Source: Occultella glacieicola (GTDB lineage: Bacteria; Actinomycetota; Actinomycetes; Actinomycetales; Beutenbergiaceae). Taken from it: a stretch of 64,000 nt of DNA. Position 1 is the first letter of the stretch; every line of letters starts with the position of its first letter. A program made the position numbers and the translations under genes. The notes beneath the pieces were generated by a model that searched no databases, had not been told where the DNA came from, and saw nothing but the letters and a program-made list of their open reading frames with translations. Positions 39,646 through 51,200 of this stretch are shown here, one piece after another. Location: NCBI RefSeq assembly GCF_004353825.1, contig NZ_SMNA01000015.1, positions 62,001 through 126,000 on the forward strand, in the 5' to 3' direction.

Positions 39646-40569
39646 TCAGCCCTTGACCGAGCCGAGCATCACGCCCGAGACGAAGTACTTCTGGATGAAC
39701 GGGTAGAGGCAGATGATCGGCAGCACGGTCAGCACCATGGTCACCGACTGCACGTTCGCGGCGATCTGCGCGCCGTCGGAGCCGAGGCCCTCGGTGCCGG
39801 TGGCCGCGGCGAGCAGATTCCGCAGGTAGACCGTGACCGGATACAGCTCGGCCCGGTCCAGATAGAGGAAGGCGCTGAACCAGGAGTTCCAGAACGCGAC
39901 GGCGTAGAACAGGATCATGGTGGCCAGCACCGCCTTGCTCAGCGGGATCACGATCCGGAAGAACACCCCGTACGTGGACAGCCCGTCGATCGCGGCGGCC
40001 TCCTCCAGCTCGGTGGGGAAGTTCTCGAAGAACGACTTCATGATCAGCAGGTTGAAGACGCTGATCGCGTTCGGGACCACGATCGCCCAGATGGTGTTCT
40101 TGAACCCGAGCTCGTTGATCAGCAGGTAGTTCGGGATCAGGCCGCCGTTGAAGAACATCGTGAACACCGCGAGCCCGATGAAGAACTGGCGGCCCTTGAG
40201 GTACGTGCGGGAGATGGCGTACGCGAACGTGGTGGTCAGCGCGATCGCGATGGCGGTCGCCACCACGGTGTAGACGACCGTGTTCTTGTAGTTGATCCAG
40301 AACATGTCGTCGCTCATCACCGCCAGGAACGTGGTGGTGTTGAACCCGCGCGGGATCAGGTTCACCTGCCCGGAGACGATGAAACCCTCGGAACTGAACG
40401 CCTTCGCGACCAGGTTGACGAACGGGTACAGGGTGAGCCCGCAGATGATGGTCAGCACCACGATGTTCGCGGCGCTGAACGCCTTGTAGCCGCGGGTGTC
40501 CTTGACCGTGGTCGAGGACCGGCGGACGGCGGCCAGGTCCGGTGAGGCCTGGATCGGATCGGTGGTCAC
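39646..40569 (-). CDS. Sugar ABC permease (LplC-like)
   Basis: FFNGGLIPNY, EEAAAIDG, YPFIQKYFVSG. Confidence 0.93.
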   Translation of the reverse strand: MTTDPIQASPDLAAVRRSSTTVKDTRGYKAFSAANIVVLTIICGLTLYPFVNLVAKAFSSEGFIVSGQVNLIPRGFNTTTFLAVMSDDMFWINYKNTVVYTVVATAIAIALTTTFAYAISRTYLKGRQFFIGLAVFTMFFNGGLIPNYLLINELGFKNTIWAIVVPNAISVFNLLIMKSFFENFPTELEEAAAIDGLSTYGVFFRIVIPLSKAVLATMILFYAVAFWNSWFSAFLYLDRAELYPVTVYLRNLLAAATGTEGLGSDGAQIAANVQSVTMVLTVLPIICLYPFIQKYFVSGVMLGSVKG

Positions 40570-41603
40570 CACAGGGAGCTCCCGACGACTCGACGCGAGA
40601 TCGCGTTGGCGGACAGGACGAGGGTGAGGCCGATGAGTGCCTCGAACAGGCCGATGGCCGTGGAGTAGGAGTAGCTGCCGGACTGGATGCCGACCCGGTA
40701 CAGGTACGTGGAGATCACGTCCGCCGTCGAGTAGATCAGCGGGTTGTACAGGAGCAGGATCTTCTCGAACCCGACGGCCATGAACTGGCCGATGTTCAGG
40801 ATCAGGAGCACCACCATCGTGGGCCGGATGCCGGGCAGGGTGATGTGCCAGGTCTGGCTCCACCGGTTCGCGCCGTCGATCCGGGCGGCCTCGTACAGCT
40901 GGTCGTCGATCGTGGTCAGCGCGGCCAGGTAGAGGATCGTGCCCCAGCCGACGGTCTGCCAGATCTCCGAGGAGACGTAGATGGGCCGGAACCAGGACGG
41001 GTCCTGCATGAAGGAGATCTGATCCATCCCGACACCGGCGAGGATCTGGTTGATGGTGCCGTTCAGCGACGTCAGCTGGAGGACGACGCCGGCGACGATC
41101 ACGATCGACATGAAGTGCGGGAGGTAGGTCACCGTCTGCACGAACCGCTTGAACTTGCGCGACCGCAGCTCGTTGAGCAGCAGGGCGAGGATCACCGGCA
41201 GCGGGAACACGATGATCAGCGTCAGCCCGCCGAGGATCAGGGTGTTCGTGAACACCCGCCAGAACGTCGGGTCGTTGATGAACATCTCGACGTAGTACAG
41301 GCCCACCCACTCGTCGCCGAACATCGAGCCACCCGGCCGGAACCGGCGGAACGCGATGACGTTCCCGAGCATGGGCACGTACCGGAAGATGATCAGGAAC
41401 ACCACCGGCAGCACGAGGAACGTGTACAGGCGCCAGTCCTTGCGCAGCGCCTGCCGCCAGGTGACCTGGTGGCCCTTCGAGCGGCCCCTCAAGCGACCTG
41501 GCCGGGCGGGCGGGCCGCCTGGGCCTGGCGGCTTCTGGACGGCGACGGCGCCCGCGGACTCTGCGGGTGCGCTCTCGGGGGCGAGCGGGTCCCGGATCGT
41601 CAC
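40566..41603 (-). CDS. Sugar ABC permease (LplB-like)
   Basis: QTVTYLPHFMS, LYEAARIDGANR, DVISTYLY; GGAGG RBS with GTGA overlap. Confidence 0.93.
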   Translation of the reverse strand: MTIRDPLAPESAPAESAGAVAVQKPPGPGGPPARPGRLRGRSKGHQVTWRQALRKDWRLYTFLVLPVVFLIIFRYVPMLGNVIAFRRFRPGGSMFGDEWVGLYYVEMFINDPTFWRVFTNTLILGGLTLIIVFPLPVILALLLNELRSRKFKRFVQTVTYLPHFMSIVIVAGVVLQLTSLNGTINQILAGVGMDQISFMQDPSWFRPIYVSSEIWQTVGWGTILYLAALTTIDDQLYEAARIDGANRWSQTWHITLPGIRPTMVVLLILNIGQFMAVGFEKILLLYNPLIYSTADVISTYLYRVGIQSGSYSYSTAIGLFEALIGLTLVLSANAISRRVVGSSLW

Positions 41604-44011
41604 TGGGTCACCTCCGCTGGTTGGTGGGCGGCTTCGATGACGACGGCGCAGCGAAGGGCACGGTCGGGTCCGGTCTCGCGTTCGGTTCCGGTCAGGCGCA
41701 GCGGCAGAGCCGCCTCGATGTCCGTGCTCGAGCGCGCGAGCCGCAGTTCGACGGCCCCGGGTTCGACGATCCGTCGGCCGGTCAGGCCGGTGAAGGAGGT
41801 CAGGTCCGCGGGGACCGTGAAGCGGACCAGGGCGGCCTCCCCGGACTCGAGCGGCACCCGGGCGAAGCCGATCAGCCGCTGCACCGGGCGGGTGACCTGG
41901 GCGACGGGGTCGTGCAGGTAGAGCTGGACGACCTCGGTGCCGGCCCGGTCGCCCGTGTTGCGCACGGTCACCTCGACGGTCACTTCGCCGGCAACGTCCC
42001 AGTCGGCGCTCTCTCCGGCAGTGCCGGCCACCCGCGCCGCGCTCCACTCGAACGAGGTGTAGGTGAGCCCATGGCCGAAGCCGAACAACGCCGTCGGGTC
42101 GAGGTTCGAGACCCCGGACCGGCCGCCGAGCGGCGCTGTCAGGTAGGTGCCCGGCCCGCCGGTCGGGTTGCGCGGCACGCTCACCGGCAGGCGGCCGGAG
42201 GGCGCCACCGTCCCGGTCAGCACCTCCGCGATCGCGCGCCCGCCGAGTTGGCCCGGGAAGAACGTCTGCACGATGGCGGCCGCGCGACCGGCGTAGGCGC
42301 CGAGCGCGTACGGGCGGCCGCTCAGCAGCACCAGGACCACCGGGGTCCCGGTCGCGAGCACGGCCTCGACCAGGTCGGCCTGGATACCGGGCAGGTGCAG
42401 GTCCTCGGCGTCGCAGCCCTCGCCGGAGGTGCCCCGTCCGAACAGTCCGGCCCGGTCCCCGACCGCCACCACGGCCACGTCCGCCGCGGCCGCGACGCGG
42501 GCCGCCTCGTCGAGGCCGGACGGGTCGGGGTCGGTGACGTCGCAGCCGCGGGCATGGGTGACCTCCAGCCCGGCGTCGGTCAGTGCGGCGCGCACGGTCG
42601 GGATGTCGAGACCGATCGGGTGCTCGGGGTGCTGCACCCCCACGTGCGCGGGGAAGGAGTAGCAGCCGAGCATCGCCATTTCCTCGTCGGCGAGCGGGCC
42701 GACGACGGCGACCCGCGCCCCGGGCGCGAACGGCAGGGTGGTGCCGGGGTTGCTGAGCAGGACGACGGCCTCGCGGGCCAGTCGCAGCGCGACCTCCTTC
42801 GAGGCCGCGGTGTCGAGGATGCCCCCGTCGACCCCGTCGGCCCTGACGCCGACCGGCTCGGGGGAGTAGCCGGGATCGAGCAGGCCGAGGTCGATCTTCT
42901 GGCGGAGCACCCGGTGCAGCGCCCGGTCCACGAGCGCGACGTCGACCAGACCGCCGCGCACCGCCTCGAGCAGCGGTGCACCGAACGCGTCCACGCTCGG
43001 CAGTTCCACGTCCACACCGGCCCGCAGGGCGAGGCCGGCAGCCTCGCCCGGACCACCGGCGACCCGGTGCAGCTTCTCGAGGAACCGCACCCCGAAGTAG
43101 TCCGCGACCACGGTGCCCTCGAATCCCCACTCCTCGCGCAACAGGCCGGTGAGCAGGCGCCCGTCGGCGGCGGACGGGACGCCGTCGATCTCGGTGTAGG
43201 AGTGCATGACCGACCGGGCGCCGCCCTCCCGCAGGGCCACCTCGAACGGCGGCAGGATCACATCGGCGAACTCGCGGGGGCCGATCGAGACCGGGGCGAG
43301 GTTGCGGCCGGCCCGCGAGGCGGAGTACCCGGCGAAGTGCTTGAGGGTGGCCACGATGCCGGCGGACTCCAGGCCGCGCACGTACGCGGCACCGATCTCG
43401 CCGACCAGCTGGGGGTCCTCGGCGATCGTCTCCTCGGTTCGGCCCCAACGGTAGTCCCGGGTCACGTCGAGGACCGGGGCGAGGCCCTGATGCACCCCGA
43501 CGGCGCGCATGGACGCACCGATCTGCGTCGCCATCTCGGCGACCAGGTCCGGATCGAAGGTGGCGCCCCAGGAGAGCGGGATCGGGTATGCGGTGGCCCG
43601 CCAGGCGGCGAAGCCGGCGAGGCACTCCTCGTGCACCTGGGCGGGGATGCCGAACCGGTTGGCCGCCATGATCTCCCGCTGGGAGCTGGCCAGGGAGCGG
43701 GCCCCGGCGGCCGGGTCCACGGGGGCGGTTCCGAACGGGCGGGTCAGCTGGCCGAGTCCGCCGTCGATGACCTCGGTCCAGCCGAGATCGTCGCCGGTCA
43801 TGTCGCCCTGGTTGGGGGCGACGCCGCCGCCGGAGGCGTCGGCGCCGACCCAGAGCCCGACGAGCTGGCCGACCTTCTCCTCGAGGGTCATCTCGTCGAT
43901 GAGGGCGTCGGCGCGCTCGCCGCTCGTGCGGCTGGGGTCGCGCCACGGTTGCCCGACCGCGCCGGACGCCACGGCAGGCATGGCCGCGCCGTTCGTGATC
44001 TCCGTGGTCAT
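41600..44011 (-). CDS. GH3 beta-xylosidase/beta-glucosidase (BxlA-like)
   Basis: MTLEEKVGQL, HEECLAG, RWGRTEE, LKHFAGY, VADY nucleophile, FGHGLTYTSF, C-terminal Fn3. Confidence 0.94.
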   Translation of the reverse strand: MTTEITNGAAMPAVASGAVGQPWRDPSRTSGERADALIDEMTLEEKVGQLVGLWVGADASGGGVAPNQGDMTGDDLGWTEVIDGGLGQLTRPFGTAPVDPAAGARSLASSQREIMAANRFGIPAQVHEECLAGFAAWRATAYPIPLSWGATFDPDLVAEMATQIGASMRAVGVHQGLAPVLDVTRDYRWGRTEETIAEDPQLVGEIGAAYVRGLESAGIVATLKHFAGYSASRAGRNLAPVSIGPREFADVILPPFEVALREGGARSVMHSYTEIDGVPSAADGRLLTGLLREEWGFEGTVVADYFGVRFLEKLHRVAGGPGEAAGLALRAGVDVELPSVDAFGAPLLEAVRGGLVDVALVDRALHRVLRQKIDLGLLDPGYSPEPVGVRADGVDGGILDTAASKEVALRLAREAVVLLSNPGTTLPFAPGARVAVVGPLADEEMAMLGCYSFPAHVGVQHPEHPIGLDIPTVRAALTDAGLEVTHARGCDVTDPDPSGLDEAARVAAAADVAVVAVGDRAGLFGRGTSGEGCDAEDLHLPGIQADLVEAVLATGTPVVLVLLSGRPYALGAYAGRAAAIVQTFFPGQLGGRAIAEVLTGTVAPSGRLPVSVPRNPTGGPGTYLTAPLGGRSGVSNLDPTALFGFGHGLTYTSFEWSAARVAGTAGESADWDVAGEVTVEVTVRNTGDRAGTEVVQLYLHDPVAQVTRPVQRLIGFARVPLESGEAALVRFTVPADLTSFTGLTGRRIVEPGAVELRLARSSTDIEAALPLRLTGTERETGPDRALRCAVVIEAAHQPAEVTQ

Positions 44012-44062
44012 CAAGACCTTCCTGTCCACCGCTCTGTGGGCCTCGGCTGCTCCGCCGCGACA

Positions 44063-44130
44063 CGAAACTTTCGGAACATCTCCGATACTTTGTGGTGGTG
44101 ACTTTAAGGTGCGTCCGGGAGCGATGTCAA
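44063..44130 (-). promoter_or_regulatory. Promoter and LacI (BxlR-type) operator of the GH3 operon
   Basis: TTGACA(44125-44130)-N18-TAAAGT(44101-44106); palindromes CGAAACTTTCG (44063-44073) and TCGGA-N5-TCCGA (44071-44085). Confidence 0.75.
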
Positions 44131-44193
44131 CGCATCGCGGTAACGGAACGAGAACACTTGCGGCGCGGGTGTCGGCGAGTGGTAGCGTCGCCC

Positions 44194-44204
44194 CGAAAGT
44201 TGCG
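44194..44204 (+). promoter_or_regulatory. Second, imperfect LacI operator upstream of the regulator gene
   Basis: CGAAAGTTGCG, 1 mismatch from CGAAAGTTTCG. Confidence 0.55.
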
Positions 44205-44223
44205 GGAGGAGGTGGGGTCGGTC

Positions 44224-45258
44224 ATGACGCAGTTCTCGGACACCGGGCCGGACGCTCCGCGCAAGGCGACGATCGCCTCGATCGCCACCGAGGCGGGGGT
44301 CTCGGTCCCGACCGTCTCGAAGGTGCTGAACGGACGCCCCGACGTCTCGCAGAGGACCCGCGAACGGGTCGAGGAGGTGCTCGCCCGGAACAACTACCGG
44401 CGCCGCCGGTCGAACGGTCCCGCGGGACCGGCGCTCATCGATCTGGTGTTCCACCAGTTGGGGTCGCCGTGGGCCATCGAGATCATCCGCGGCGTCGAGG
44501 CGGTCGCGGCGTCCGAGCACGTGGGCGTGGTGCTCTCCGAGCTCGGTGGCAAGCACCGCCCGCCCCAGGAGCTTCTCGATGCGGTTCTGGCCAGGCGCCC
44601 GTTGGGGGTGGTGCTCGTGCTGTCCGGCCTGGACCGCGAGCAGCGGCACCAACTGGAGAGCCGATCGATCCCGTTCCTGGTCGTGGACACCGACGGCGAG
44701 CCGCCGGCGGGCGTGCCCACGGTCGGGTCGAACAACTGGAGCGGCGGGCTGAGCGCCACCCGGCATCTGATCGAGCTCGGCCACCGTCGGGTCGCCGTCA
44801 TCAGCGGTCCCGCCGACGTCCTGTGCAGCCGTGCCCGCGTCGACGGCTACCGGACCGCGCACGACGAGTCCGGGGTGCCGCTCGACCCGGCCCTGACCCG
44901 GTACGGCGACTTCAGCGTCGACGGTGGGCACAGGTACGGCCTGGAACTGCTGAGCCTGCCGGACCGCCCGACCGCGATCTTCGCGGGCTCGGACATGCAG
45001 GCGCTCGGCGTGCTGCGGGCCGCCGACGAGCTGGGCCTGCGGGTGCCCGAGGACGTTTCGGTGGTCGGCTACGACAACCTGCCGCTGGCCGAGTGGGTGG
45101 TGCCGCAGCTGACCACGGTGAACCAGCCGCTCTACGACATGGGCGCGACGGCCACCCGGATGCTGCTCGGCATCGCCAGGGGTGAGGCGCCCATCAACAG
45201 GCGCCTCGACCTGGCCGCCGAACTCGTGGTGCGCCGGTCCACAGCCCTGCTCGCCTGA
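44224..45258 (+). CDS. LacI family transcriptional regulator
   Basis: TIASIATEAGVSVPTVSKVLNG, VPEDVSVVGYD, LTTVNQP. Confidence 0.95.
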   Translation: MTQFSDTGPDAPRKATIASIATEAGVSVPTVSKVLNGRPDVSQRTRERVEEVLARNNYRRRRSNGPAGPALIDLVFHQLGSPWAIEIIRGVEAVAASEHVGVVLSELGGKHRPPQELLDAVLARRPLGVVLVLSGLDREQRHQLESRSIPFLVVDTDGEPPAGVPTVGSNNWSGGLSATRHLIELGHRRVAVISGPADVLCSRARVDGYRTAHDESGVPLDPALTRYGDFSVDGGHRYGLELLSLPDRPTAIFAGSDMQALGVLRAADELGLRVPEDVSVVGYDNLPLAEWVVPQLTTVNQPLYDMGATATRMLLGIARGEAPINRRLDLAAELVVRRSTALLA

Positions 45259-45526
45259 CTGCTCCGCCCCCCACGCGCCCCCACGCGCTGCCCTCGCGCT
45301 GCCCGATGCGCCGCCACGCACCCGCTGACCTCGGCTACGACCGTCGGGGACGGTCAGGGTCAGCGGCCCGGGCAGATCGGCCGGTCGAGGGAGCGGGTCC
45401 GCGCGTCCGAGCCGGGTGGGAGGGACGGTGGTGCCACCTCCACCCGGCTGCGGCACAATGGCCAGCGGCGCCCCGATCGACGACGTGGGGCGAACCCCGA
45501 GCGCGGTGAAGGTGGTCCAACAGGCG

Positions 45527-46933
<1,407 letters not shown>

Positions 46934-47006
46934 CCTGGCCCGCACGGTCCGCCCGCCCGGCCTGCTGCCGGCATATTCCCTTGCCCGGCCGCCTACCGTC
47001 GGTGGT

Positions 47007-48053
47007 GTGAACGATGGCGGCACGAAGTCTGGCAACGGGCGGATCTCCCGGGTCGACCGGGGATCGGTCCAGGTGCTGCTGCCTGCTGACGGCACCGAGC
47101 CCGGCACGCTCGATCCACGGGCGGAGCCGGTCGAGCTGACCGTGCCGACCGACCGGGCCGGCACCCTGCCGGCCGTGGTCGGCGACCCGGTGCACCCGGC
47201 CGTCGGAGACCGGGTGGTCATCGACGGTGACCGGGTGTTCGTCGCGCCCCGTACCAGCGAGTTGTCCCGGGACGGCTCCGACCGCACGTCCCTCGAGCAG
47301 GTGATCGCCGCGAACGTGGACGTGGTCGTCATCGTTGAACACCTCGAGCCCACGCCATCCCTCGGCCGCCTCGAACGGATGCTGACCATCGCGTGGCGCT
47401 CCGGAGCGATCCCGCTCGTGGTGCTGACCAAGTCCGATCTCGTCTCCGACACCGAGCACTGGGTCGGTGAAGCGGAGGCGGTTGCGCCAGGGGTCGGCGT
47501 GGTCGCCGTGAGCGCGAGCACCGGTGCCGGCCTGGACGATCTCGACACCGCCCTCGCCGGCGCCCAGACCCTGGTGCTGATCGGGCCCTCCGGCGCGGGC
47601 AAGTCGACGCTGGTCAATGCGCTCTCCGGGTCGGACGTGATGATCACCGGTGCCGTCCGCGGCGACGGCCGCGGCATGCACACCACCACGCACCGTCAAC
47701 TCGTGCCGCTGCCCGGCGGGCGGCTGCTGATCGACACCCCGGGCCTGCGCTCGGTCGGGATCGTCGCCACCGAGGAGGCGGTGGCCGCCACCTTCGAGGA
47801 CATCGAGGCGCTCGTCGCACTGTGCCGGTTCAACGACTGTGCGCACGAGCAGGAGCCGGGCTGCGCCGTCGTCGCGGCACTCGACGCCGGCGAGCTCAGC
47901 GAGCGACGGTTCACCTCCTGGCGCAAGCTCCAGCGGGAGGCGCGCCGGCAGGCCGCCCGGGCCGACCAGCGGGTCGCCGCCGAGCAGCGACGCCAGTGGC
48001 GCACCCGGGAGCGTTCGTCCCGGGAGGCAGCCAGGCAGCGGGCGCGGCGCTGA
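47007..48053 (+). CDS. rsgA: Ribosome small subunit-dependent GTPase A
   Basis: Circularly permuted G motifs TKSD, GPSGAGKST, GMHTTT, DTPG; CRFNDCAHEQEPGC zinc finger. Confidence 0.92.
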   Translation: MNDGGTKSGNGRISRVDRGSVQVLLPADGTEPGTLDPRAEPVELTVPTDRAGTLPAVVGDPVHPAVGDRVVIDGDRVFVAPRTSELSRDGSDRTSLEQVIAANVDVVVIVEHLEPTPSLGRLERMLTIAWRSGAIPLVVLTKSDLVSDTEHWVGEAEAVAPGVGVVAVSASTGAGLDDLDTALAGAQTLVLIGPSGAGKSTLVNALSGSDVMITGAVRGDGRGMHTTTHRQLVPLPGGRLLIDTPGLRSVGIVATEEAVAATFEDIEALVALCRFNDCAHEQEPGCAVVAALDAGELSERRFTSWRKLQREARRQAARADQRVAAEQRRQWRTRERSSREAARQRARR

Positions 48054-48071
48054 CCCTCGAGGCCGCAGCCC

Positions 48072-48104
48072 CCCCGTTGAACGTTCCATGACCCTCCGGT
48101 GAAC
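48072..48104 (-). promoter_or_regulatory. PHO-box-like 11-nt direct repeats upstream of the nuclease/nucleotidase gene
   Basis: GTTCACCGGAG / GGTCATGGAAC / GTTCAACGGGG in tandem. Confidence 0.5.
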
Positions 48105-48204
48105 TCCGACGCGGAAGGTGCCCGAATCCCTTCCAGGTGTCACCGGAGGGCGCTACCGTGCCGGGTACCCCCTGTTGTCTGGATCACACAAAGGATGCCC
48201 CCAC

Positions 48205-51200
48205 ATGTCACCATCCTCCAGGGGCGGTCGCAGGCATGCGTTCCGTCCCATAGCTACGATCACGACGCTCGCGCTCGCGAGTCTCGGCGCCGCGGCTCCC
48301 GCGTTCGCCGCCACCGAACCACCCGACAGCGACCCCGGCAGCGCCGCCGCGACACTCTCCTCGGGGGATGAGAGTGCCGCATTCGCGCAGACCGACGGCT
48401 CGATCTTCATCAGCGAGATCCACTACGACAACGCGGGCACCGACGCCCGCGAGTTCATCGAGATCCAAGCGCCGGCCGGGACGAACCTGAACCGCTGGAG
48501 CGTGGTGCTCTACGGCGCCGACGGCGTCGCGTACGACACCTCGAACGTCCGAGGCTCGGCTCGCAACGGCACCGTTGTGCTGAACTACGGATCCGAGTCC
48601 ATCGTCAACGGCACCGGTGGCGTCGCCCTGGTGAACCCCGACGGCGGCGTCGTCGAGTTCATCTCCTACGGCGGCGCGATCACCGCGGCCGACGGCCCGG
48701 CGGCCGGACTGGCCAGCACCGACATCGGCGTGCAGCAGTCCGAGGCCGAGCGAGGCCTGACACTGCAGCGGATCGGCACTGCGTGGACCGGCCCGGTCGC
48801 CAGCACGCAGGGCGCGCCGAACCCCGAGCCGGAGCCGGAGCCCGAGGTCGAGGCGTTCATCAGCGAGATCCACTACGACAACGTCGGCACCGACGTCGGC
48901 GAGGCGATCGAGGTCCAGGCCACCGTGGGGGCGGACCTGACCGGCTGGACCCTGGTCCTCTACAACGGCAACAACGGCGGCCCCTACGACACCGACGCGG
49001 TCGGCGGCGTGGTTCCGGACGCCGGGGTGCTCGTCGTCGAGTACCCGGAGAACGGCATCCAGAACGGATCGCCCGACGGCGTCGCGCTCGTCGACGCGGA
49101 CGGCAACCTCGTCGAGTTCCTCACCTACGAGGGCAGCTTCGCCGCCGTCGGCGGCCCCGCGGACGGCGTGACCGGCACCGACATCGGCGTCGAGCAGGGC
49201 TCCTCGAACCCGATCGGGGAGTCCCTGCAACTGATCGACGGCGTCTGGACCGGCCCCGCCCCGGAGTCGTTCGGTGCCATCAACACCGCCGACGACCCGG
49301 GTGAGCCCGGCGAGCCCGGTGAGGACACGCACACCATCGCCGAGATCCAGGGCACCGGGGACGCCTCCCCGGTGGCCGGCCAGACCGTGACCACCACCGG
49401 TGTGGTCACCGCGGCCTACCCGACCGGCGGCTTCGACGGGTACTACCTGCAGACCGCGGGCAGCGGCGGCGATGCCGATCCGAGCACCCGGACCGCCTCC
49501 GACGGCGTGTTCGTGTACTCGGCGGCGACGGTCGGTTCCGTGCAGGTCGGCGACCACGTCCAGGTGACCGGCTCGGTCGTGGAGTTCAACGGCCTCACCG
49601 AGATCACCGTCGGCGCCGGTGGCGCCGTGGTGCTGGACACCCCGGCCGAGGCGGTCAAGCCGATCGAGGCGTTCGCCCTGCCCGGCACGGACGCCGAGCG
49701 GGAGGTCTTCGAGGGGATGCTCGTCGCCCCCGTCGCCGACTACGTGGTCTCCGACACCTACGCCCTCGGCGGGTGGGGTACCAGCGCGTTCGGGTCCATC
49801 GGGCTCGGCCTCGGTGGCCCGCTCGTCCAGGAGACGGATGTCGCCCTGCCCGGCACGCCCGAGTTCGACGCGGTCGCCGCCGACAACGCGGCCCGCGCCA
49901 TCACCCTCGACGACGGGCAGTCCGCCCGTACCGCGACCAGCGCGAACGTGCCCTACCTGACCGGAGCGCCGAACGTGCGCACCGGCGCCGGGCTCACGTT
50001 CTCCGCCCCGGTCATCGTCGACTTCCGGTTCCAGTGGAACTTCCAGCCGACGGCCCCGGTCGACGGCAACGCCGACGACGTGGTGCTGTTCAACACGGGC
50101 AACACCCAGGAGGCGAACGCCACCCCGCAGGACGTGGGCGGTGACCTGAGTATCGCGACGTTCAACGTGCTGAACTACTTCACCACCCTCGGCACGGACC
50201 TGCCCGGCTGCGTGCCCTACACCGACCGGGACGGCAACCCGATCACGGTCAACACCGGGTGTGACGCCCGTGGCGCCTGGGACGAGGCGAACCTGCAGCG
50301 TCAGCAGGACAAGATCGTCGCGGCCATCAACGGCCTCGGCGCGGACGTGGTCTCCCTCGAGGAGATCGAGAACTCGGCGCAGTTCGGGCAGGACCGGGAC
50401 GCCGCGCTCGCGGCCCTCGTCGACGCCCTGAACGCCGACGCCGGGGCCGGCACCTGGGCGTTCGCGCCCTCGCCGGCCGTGCTGCCGGACCTGGCCGACC
50501 AGGACGTCATCCGGAACGCGTTCATCTACCGGCCGGCGAGCGTGGAGCTCGCCGGGGACTCGGTCGTGCTCGTCGGCTCGGCCGCGTTCGACAACGCCCG
50601 CGAGCCGCTCGCCCAGGCCTTCACCGCCGTCGGCAGCGACTACACCTTCATCGCCGTCACGAACCACTTCAAGTCCAAGGGTGGCGACTGCGGCGACCTG
50701 CCGGAGGGCTGCTTCGACGCGGACCGGGTGGCCCAGGCGCAGGCGCTGACGGCGTTCGCGCAGGACGTGGCCGACGCCGCCGGGGTGGAGGACATCTTCC
50801 TGCTCGGTGACTTCAACTCCTACGGAGCGGAGAACCCGGTCGTCGCGCTCGAGGCGGCCGGCTACACCAACCTCAACACCGAGGAGACCACGTACGTCTT
50901 CGACGGCAAGGTCGGCTCGCTCGACCACGTGTTCGCCAACGCCTCCGCCCTGGAGACCGTCACCGGCGTGGACGTGTGGAGCATCAACTCGGTCGAGTCC
51001 GTGCTCGCGGAGTACTCGCGGTACAACTACTTCGCCAGCGAGCACTTCCAGCCCGGGACCCAGTTCCGGGCCTCGGACCACGACCCGATCATCGTCGGGA
51101 TCGACGTGCCGGAGGATGTCACGCCCACGGTGGACATCAACCTCCTCTCGATCAACGACTTCCACGGTCGGATCGAGGCGGGCGGCGAGTCCGCGGGCGG

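Noticed and set aside
23652..41603. Both sugar ABC clusters lack an ATPase gene
   Set aside because: Normal in Actinobacteria, where a shared MsiK-type ATPase is encoded elsewhere
45265..45320. Degenerate CCCCCACGCG-like repeats after the LacI gene
   Set aside because: Low-complexity GC-rich sequence; only two exact copies
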